Under the pieces are notes generated by a model. The model did no database searches. It was given only the letters and a program-made list of their open reading frames with translations, and was not told the DNA's origin. A stretch of 64,000 bases of DNA, taken from the NCBI GenBank assembly GCA_009914755.4, contig CP086569.2, forward strand, positions 30,752,001 to 30,816,000, written 5' to 3'. The translations under genes were made by a program, and so were the position numbers. The DNA comes from the human T2T-CHM13v2.0 reference genome, Homo sapiens. Positions 56,189 to 64,000 of the stretch are shown in pieces (the stretch's first letter is position 1; the number at the start of each line of letters is the position of its first letter).

Positions 56189-59100
56189 GCAATTTAATAA
56201 AATAGGATCAAATGTAATGGAATGGAATGGAAAGGAATCGAAACGAAAGGAATGGAGACAGATGGAATGGAATGGAACAGAGAGCAATGGTATAGAATGG
56301 AATGGAATCATCTGGAATGGAATTGAATGGAATGGAATAATATGAAATGGAATGGAATGGAATGGAATGGAATGCCCTTGAATTAAATGGACTGGAATGG
56401 AATGGACTCGAACAGAGTGGAATGGAAAGTGTTGAGATAGAATGGAATGGACTCCTTTGGAATGGTGTAGAATGCAATGCAATCGACTGGCAGGGAATCA
56501 AAAGGAATGTAATGGAATGGACTGGACTGGAATGCAATGGACTCGAATAGATTGGAAACGGAATGCAAAGGAATGGAATGGAATAGTATGGAATGGAATG
56601 GAAAGGAATGGAGTGGAATAGACTAGAGTGGAATGGAATGGACTGGAAAGCAATGGACTGGAATGGATCTTTCTTGAATGGACTGGAATCAATCGGAATG
56701 GAATGCAATGCAATCAAATGGCATGGAATAAAATAGAATGAAAGAGAATCAAATGGAATTGAATCGAATGGAATCGAATGGATTGGAAAGGAATAGAATG
56801 GAATGGAATGGAATTGACTCAAATGGAATGGACTAGAATGGAATGGATTCGAATGGAAGGCAAAGGAATGGAATCTATTGGAATGGACTGTAATGGAATG
56901 GAATGGAAGGGATTGGAATGGACTCGAATGGAATGGACTGCAATAGAAAGGATTCGAATGGAATGAAAAAGAATTGAATGGAATAGAACAGAATGGAATC
57001 AAATCGAATGAAATGGAATGGAATAGAAAGGAATGGAATGAAATGGAATGGAAAGGATTCGAATGGAATGCAATCGAATGGAATGGAATCGAACGGAATG
57101 GAATAAAATGGAAGAAAACTGGCAAGAAATGGAATCGAAATGAATGGAGTGTTATGGAACGGACTCAAAAGGAATTGAATGTAATAGAATGGAGTGGAGT
57201 GGACTCGAATATAATGGACTGGAATGGAATGAAATCACATGGAATGGGAACGAATGGAATGGAATGGAAAGGAATGGAATCGAATGGAAAGGAATCGAAT
57301 GGAAGGGAATGAAATTGAATCAACACGAATGGAAGGGAATAGAATAGACTGTAATGGAATGGACTCGAATAGAATGGACACGAATGTTCAAATTAAATGG
57401 ACTCGAATGGAATGGAAACGAAAGGAATGTCATCGAATGGAATTGAATCGATTGGAATGAAATCGCATAGAATGGAGTGGAATCAAATGGAATTGAATCG
57501 AAAGGAAAGGAAGCGAATGGACTGAAATGAAATGGAATGGAATTGAATGGAAAGTAATGCAATGGAATAGAATGGAACGAAATTTCACGGAATGGAATCA
57601 AACTGAATGGAATCAAATCAATGGAATCAAATCAAATGGAATGGAAAGGAATTGAATGGAGTAGATGGGATTGGATGGGATTGGAATGAAATGTACTGGA
57701 AAGGACTCGAATTTCATGAAACGGAATGGAATGAATTGGAACGCAATGGACTCGAATGGAATGGAATGTCATGGGATGGCATCAAATGGAATGGCATCAA
57801 ATGGAATGGAATCGAATGCAATGGAATGCTATGGAATGGAATGGAATGCATTGGAATGGAATGTCCTCTAATGGAATGGATTCGAGTGGAATGGAATTGA
57901 ATATAATGGAGTCGAATGAAATGGAATTGAAAGGAATGGGATCGAATACAATGGAATATACTGGAATGTAACGTAATGAACTCGAATGTAATTGACTGGA
58001 ATGGAATGTACATGAATGGAATGTAATCGAATGGAAAGTAATCCAATGGAATAGAATCTAATGCAATAAAATCGACCCAGATAGAGTAGAATGTAATGGA
58101 ATGGAGTGCAGTGCAATGGAATGGAATGGAATGGAATGCAATTGAATGGAATGGAATGGAATGGAATGGGATGGAATGGTATGGAATGGATAGTAATGGA
58201 CTGGAGTGAAATGGACTGGAAAGGAATGGACTCAAATTGAAAGGGCTCGAAAGGAATGGAGTCAAATGGAATGGTCTGGAATGGAATGAACACGAATGTA
58301 ATGCAATCCAATAGAATGGAATCGAATGGCATGGAATATAAAGAAATGGAATAGAAGAGAATGGATACAAATGGAATGGAATTGAATGGAATGGAATTGA
58401 ATGGAATGGGAACGAATGGAGTGAAATTGTATGCAGTAGAAGAGAATAGAATGGAATGCAAGCGAAAGGAAAGGAATGGATAGGAATGGAATGGAATTCA
58501 TTGGAATGGAAGGGAATGTAGTGTAATGGACAGGCCTGGAATAAAGTGGAATGCTACGGTCTCGAATGGAATAAAAATGTATGGAATGGAATGCAATGAA
58601 ACGGAATCGAATGTCATAGAATGTAATGGAATGCAACAAAATGGAATCCAAAATCATTGACTGGAAAGGCTGGGTGTCGAAAGGAATTGACTCCAATGGA
58701 ATGGAATCGAATGGAATGGAAGTGAATAGAATCGAACTAAATCGAATGGAATGGAATTGATAGGAACGGAATGGAAAGGAATGCAATGATTTGGCATGGA
58801 ATGGAATCGAATGGCATCGAATGGAATGGAATGGAATGCAATGGAATGGAATGTATTAGAATGTAATGAACATTAATGGAATGTACTCGAATGGATTCGA
58901 CTGGAATGGAATGTTCTGGAAGTGAATGGACTCCAATGGAATGGATTCGAAAGGAATGGAATCGAACGGAATGGAATCTAATGGAATGGAATTAAATGGA
59001 AATGAATCAAATTGAATAGCACGGAATTGAATTGAATGGAATCGAATGCAATGGAATCTATTGAAACGGAAAGGAAAGAATGGAATGGAATAGAATGGGC

Positions 59101-59736
59101 TGGAATGGAAAGGAATCGAAACGAATGGAATGGAATCGAACTGAAGAGACTGGAATGGAATGCACTGGAATGGAAGGGAGTGTAATGGAAGGTTCTCGAA
59201 AAAAATGGAATCGAATGGAATGGAATTGATTGGAACGGAATAGAGTCGAATGGAATTGAATGGAATGGAATGGACTAGAGTGAAATGGAATCGAACCACA
59301 AGGAATGGACAGGAATAGAATGGTCTCGAATTGAATGGAATCGTATGGAATGGCATCAAACGGAATGGAATGGACAGCCACGGAATGGAATGCACTCGAA
59401 TGCAATGGAGTCGAAACTAATGGACTGGAATAGAATGGACTCGACTGGTACGGACTCCAATGGAATGGAATCGAATGGAAGGGAATCGAACGGAATGGAC
59501 TCGAAGGGAAAAGACTGCAATGGAAAGGTCTCGAATGGAATGGAAATTAATGGGATGGAATGGAATCGAATGAAATGGAGTCAAAAGTAATGGAATCGAA
59601 TGGCAAGAAATCGAATGTAATGGAATCGCAAGGAATTGATGTGAACGTAACGGAATGGAATGGAATCCAAAGGAATGGAATAGAATGGAATGGAATCGAA
59701 TGGAAAGGACTCGAATGGAAATCACTCGAATAGAAT
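56189..59736 (+). repeat. HOR unit U16 (3548 bp)
   Basis: Landmark at 56189; GGCC at 58533. Shares 'gtagaatgc' and 'gtaatggaatggactggactgg' (~56470-56530) with U6. Confidence 0.85.
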
Positions 59737-62700
59737 GCAATTTAATAAAATAGGATCAAATGTAATAGAATGGAATGGAAAGGAATCGAAACGGAAGGAA
59801 TGGAGACAGATGGAATGGAATGGAACAGAGAGCAATGGTATAGAATGGAATGGAATCATCTGGAATGGAATTGAATGGAATGGAATAATATGAAATGGAA
59901 TGGAATGGAATGGAATGGAATGCCCTTGAATTAAATGGACTGGAATGGAATGGACTCGAACAGAGTGGAATGGAAAGTGTTGAGATAGAATGGAATGGAC
60001 TCATTTGGAATGGTGTAGTATGCAATGCAATCGACTGGCAGGGAATCAAAAGGAATGTAATCGAATGGATTGGACTGGAATGCAATGGATTCGAATAGAT
60101 TGCAAACGGAATGCAAAGGAATGGAATGGAATAGTATGGAATGGAATGGAAAGGAATGGAGTGGAATAGACTAGAGTGGAATGGAATGGACTGGAAAGCA
60201 ATGGACTGGAATGGAACTTTCTTGAATGGACTGGAATCAAACGGAATGGAATGCAATGCAATCAAATGGCATGGAATAAAATAGAATGAAAGAGAATCAA
60301 ATGGAATTGAATGGAATGGAATGGAATGTAATGGAATGGAATGGAATGGACTAGAATGGAATGGAATGGAATGGACTAGAATGGAATGGATTCGAATGGA
60401 AGGCAAAGGAATGGATTCTATTGGAATGGACTGTAATGGAATGGAATGGAAGGGATTGGAATGGACTCGAATGGAATTGACTGCAATAGAAAGGATTCGA
60501 ATGGAATGAAAAAGAATTGAATGGAATAGAACAGAATGGAATCAAATCGAATGAAATGGAATGGAATAGAAAGGAATGGAATGAAATGGAATGGAAAGGA
60601 TTCGAATGGAATGCAATCGAATGGAATGGAATCGAACGGAATGGAATAAAATGGAAGAAAACTGGCAAGAAATGGAATCGAAATGAATGGAGTGTTATGG
60701 AACGGACTCAAAAGGAATTGAATGTAATAGAATGGAGTGGAGTGGACTCGAATATAATGGACTGGAATGGAATGAAATCACATGGAATGGGAACGAGTGG
60801 AATGGAATGGAAAGGAATGGAATCGAATGGAAAGGAATCGAATGGAAGGGAATGAAATTGAATCAACAGGAATGGAAGGGAATAGAATAGACGGTAATGG
60901 AATGGACTCGAATAGAATGGACACGAATGCTCAAATTGAATGGACTCGAATGGAATGGAAACGAAAGGAATGTCATCGAATGGAATTGAATCGATTGGAA
61001 TGAAATCGCATAGAATGGAGTGGAATCAAATGGAATTGAATCGAAAGGAAAGGAAGCGAATGGACTGAAATGAAATGGAATGGAATTGAATGGAAAGTAA
61101 TGCAATGGAATAGAATGGAACGAAATTTCACGGAATGGAATCAAACTGAATGGAATCAAATCAATGGAATCCAATCAAATGGAATGGAGTAGATTGGATT
61201 GGATGGGATTGGAATGAAATGTACTGGAAAGGACTCGAATTTCATGAAACGGAATGGAATGAATTGGAACGGAATGGACTCGAATGGAATGGAATGTCAT
61301 AGAATGGTATCAAATGGAATGGCATCAAATGGAATGGAATCGAATGCAATGGAATGCTATGGAATGGAATGGAATGCATTGGAATGGAATGTCCTCTAAT
61401 GGAATGGATTCGAGTGGAATGGAATCGAATATAATGGAGTCGAATGAAATGGAATTGAAAGGAATGGGATGGAATACAATGGAATATACTGGAATGTAAT
61501 GTAATGAACTCGAATATAATTGACTGGAATGGAATGTACATGAGTGGAATGTAATCGAATGGAAAGTAATCCAATGGAATAGAATCTAATGCAATAAAAT
61601 CGACTCAGATAGAGTAGAATGTAATGGAATGGAGTGCAGTGCAATGGAATGGAATGGAATGGAATGCAATGGAATGGAATGGAATGGAATGGAATGGAAT
61701 GGAGTGGGATGGAATGGTATGGAATGGATAGTAATGGACTGGAGTGAAATGGACTGGAAAGGAATGGACTCAAATTGAAAGGTCTCGAAAGGAATGGAGT
61801 CAAATGGAATGGTCTGGAATGGAATGAACACGAAAGTAATGCAATCCAATATAATGGAATCGAATGGCATGGAATATAAAGAAATGGAATCGAAGAGAAT
61901 GGAAACAAATGGAATGGAATTGAATGGAATGGAATTGAATGGAATGTGAACGAATGGAGTGAAATTGTATGCAGTAGAAGAGAATAGAATGGAATGCAAG
62001 CGAAAGGAAAGGAATGGATTGGAATGGAATGGAATTCATTGGAATGGAAGGGAATGTAGTGTAATGGACAGGCCTGGAATAAAGTGGAATGCTACGGTCT
62101 CGAATGGAATAAAAATGTGTGGAATGGAATGCAATGAAACGGAATCGAATGTCATAGAATGTAATGGAATGCAAAAAAATGGAATCCAAAATCATTGAAT
62201 GCAAAGGCTGGGTGTCGAAAGGAATTGACTCCAATGGAATGGAATCGAATGGAATGGAAGTGAATAGAATCGAACTAAATCGAATGGAATGGAATTGATA
62301 GGAACGGAATGGAAAGGAATGCAATGATTTGGCATGGAATGGAATCGAATGGCATCGAATGGAATGGAATGGAATGCAATGGAATGGAATGTATTAGAAT
62401 GTAATGAACTTTAATGGAATGTACTCGAATGGATTCGACTGGAATGGAATGTTCTGGAAGTGAATGGACTCCAATGGAATGGATTCAAAAGGAATGGAAT
62501 CGTACGGAATGGAATCCAATGGAATGGAATTAAATGGAAATGAATCAAATTGAATAGCACGGAATTGAATTGAATGGAATTGAATGCAATGGAATCTAAT
62601 GAAACGGAAAGGAAAGGAATGGAATGGAATGGAATGGACTGGAATGGAAAGGAATCGAAACGAATGGAATGGAATCGAACTGAAGAGACTGGAATGGAAT

Positions 62701-63290
62701 GCACTGGAATGGAAGGGAGTGTAATGGAAGGTTCTCGAAAAAAATGGAATCGAATGGAATGCAATTGAATGGAACGGAATAGAGTCGAATGCAATTGAAT
62801 GGAATGGAATGGACTAGAGTGAAATGGAATCGAACCACAAGGAATGGACAGGAATAGAATGGTCTCGAATTGAATGGAATCGTATGGAATGGCATCAAAC
62901 GGAATGGAATGGACAGCCACGGAATGGAATGCACTCGAATGCAATGGAGTCGAAACTAATGGACTGGAATAGAATGGACTCGACTGGTACGGACTCCAAT
63001 GGAATGGAATCGAATGGAAGGGAATCGAACGGAAGGGAATCGAACGGAATGGACTCGAAGGGAAAAGACTGCAATGGAAAGGTCTCGAATGGAATGGAAA
63101 TTAATGGAATGGAATGGAATCGAATGAAATAGAGTCAAAAGGAATGGAATCGAATGGCAAGAAATCGAATGTAATGGAATCGCAAGGAATTGATGTGAAC
63201 GGAACGGAATGGAATGGAATCCAAAGGAATGGAATAGAATGGAATGGAATCGAATGGAAAGGACTCGAATGGAAATCACTCGAATAGAAT
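59737..63290 (+). repeat. HOR unit U17 (3554 bp)
   Basis: Landmark at 59737; GGCC at 62071. Locally re-homogenised stretch at 60305-60375. 15-bp tandem duplication 'ggaagggaatcgaac' x2 at ~63016-63046. Confidence 0.85.
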
Positions 63291-64000
63291 GCAATTTAAT
63301 AAAATAGGATCAAATGTAATGGAATGGAATGGAAAGGAATTGAAACGAAAGGAATGGAGACAGATGGAATGGAATGGAACAGAGAGCAATGGTATAGAAC
63401 GGAATGGAATAATCTGGAATGGAATTGAATGGAATGGAATAATATGAAATGGAAAGAAATGGAATGGAATGCCCTTGAATTAAATGGACTGCAATGGAAT
63501 GGACTCGAACAGAGTGGAATGGAAAGTGTTGAAATAGAATGGAATTGACTCGTTTGGAATGGTCTAGTATGCAATGCAATCGACTGGCAGGGAATCAAAA
63601 GGAATGTAATCTAATGGATTGTACTGGAATGCAATGGACTCGAATAGATTGGAAACGGAATGCAAAGGAATGGAATGGAATAGTATGGAATGGAATGGAA
63701 AGGAATGGAGTGGAATAGACTAGAGTGGAATGGAATGGACTTGAAAGCAATGGACTGGAATGGAACTTTCTTGAATGGACTGGAACCAAACGGAATGGAA
63801 TGCAATGCAATCAAATGGCATGGAATAAGATAGAATGAAAGAGAATCAAATGGAATTGAATCGAATGGAATCGAATGGATTGGAAAGGAATAGAATGGAA
63901 TGGAATGGAATTGACTCAAATGGAATGGACTAGAATGGAATGGATTCGAATGGAAGGCAAAGGAATGGAATCTATTGGAATGGACTGTAATGGAATGGAA
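63291..64000 (+). repeat. HOR unit, partial (5' 710 bp), more diverged than the internal units
   Basis: Landmark at 63291; about a dozen substitutions or indels in 710 bp relative to the consensus of U4-U16. Confidence 0.8.

Larger units (their letters stand above)
1..64000 (+). repeat. HSat3-type (GGAAT)n satellite array organised as ~3.56-kb higher-order repeat; most likely DYZ1 (human Yq12 heterochromatin)
   Basis: Every line of sequence is GGAAT or its 1-2 mismatch derivatives on the + strand. A landmark string recurs every 3523-3580 bp. There is one GGCC (HaeIII) site per unit. Each unit contains exact matches to the recalled DYZ1 primers Y1.2 (ttgaatggaatgggaacgaatgg, e.g. 2229-2251) and reverse-complement Y1.1 (ggacaggcctggaataaagtgga, e.g. 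2359-2381). Confidence 0.85.

Noticed and set aside
1-64000. Regular direct repeats that could superficially suggest a CRISPR array
   Set aside because: There is no repeat-spacer architecture. The repeat unit is 5 bp nested inside a 3.56-kb HOR with no unique spacers, and the sequence is a primate satellite. No cas-like ORFs are present.
1-64000. Search for transposable-element insertions (Alu/L1), DYZ2/HSat1B AT-rich 2.4-kb units, alpha satellite, telomeric TTAGGG, tRNA/rRNA-like segments
   Set aside because: No stretch longer than ~60 bp departs from GGAAT-derived sequence. The non-pentameric islands ('gcaatttaataaaataggatcaaatgtaa', 'caaaatcattgactggaaaggctgggtgtcgaaaggaattgactcc', 'gtagtgtaatggacaggcctggaataaagtggaatgctacggtctcg') recur in every unit and are part of the HOR. 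They are not insertions.
1-64000. Heat-shock elements (alternating nGAAn/nTTCn) as HSF1 binding sites, given SatIII stress-body biology
   Set aside because: GGAAT repeats give same-orientation GAA triplets (GAAtgGAAtgGAA), not the inverted alternating arrangement of a canonical HSE. Any HSF1 association would have to be argued from experimental data, not from this sequence.

Overview
The whole 64 kb window is one uninterrupted, uniformly oriented tandem array of human satellite III-type DNA. The (+) strand reads (GGAAT)n with diverged pentamers, and there is no switch to ATTCC anywhere. The pentamers are organised into a higher-order repeat (HOR) of about 3.52-3.58 kb. There are 17 complete units and 2 partial units. 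The phase is set by an AT-rich landmark, 'gcaatttaataaaataggatcaaatgtaa', which recurs at 46, 3569, 7092, 10671, 14229, 17793, 21332, 24876, 28439, 32007, 35560, 36975, 40554, 44122, 45537, 49086, 52645, 56189, 59737 and 63291.

Three lines of evidence identify the array as the DYZ1 family of human Yq12 heterochromatin:
- the 3.56 kb period;
- one HaeIII site (GGCC in 'ggacaggcctgg') per unit;
- exact matches in every unit to what I recall as the classical DYZ1 sexing primers Y1.1/Y1.2, positioned to give a 153-154 bp product.

Two units (U10, U12) are about 4.97-4.98 kb long because they carry the same 1.415 kb internal tandem duplication with an identical microhomology junction. Neighbouring units are roughly 98-99% identical. 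Private variants are shared in a patchwork among both adjacent and distant units, the usual signature of unequal exchange and gene conversion in satellite arrays.

I found no genes, RNA genes, transposon insertions, DYZ2/HSat1B, alpha satellite or CRISPR-like structure. All ORFs in the supplied track are artefacts of a stop-codon-poor pentamer repeat: (+) frames translate to M-E-W-N-G and (-) frames to I-P-F-H-S. I see no evidence of a hidden or undescribed biological system. The points of interest are structural, namely the duplication variant units, a possible super-repeat, and the mosaic homogenisation pattern.
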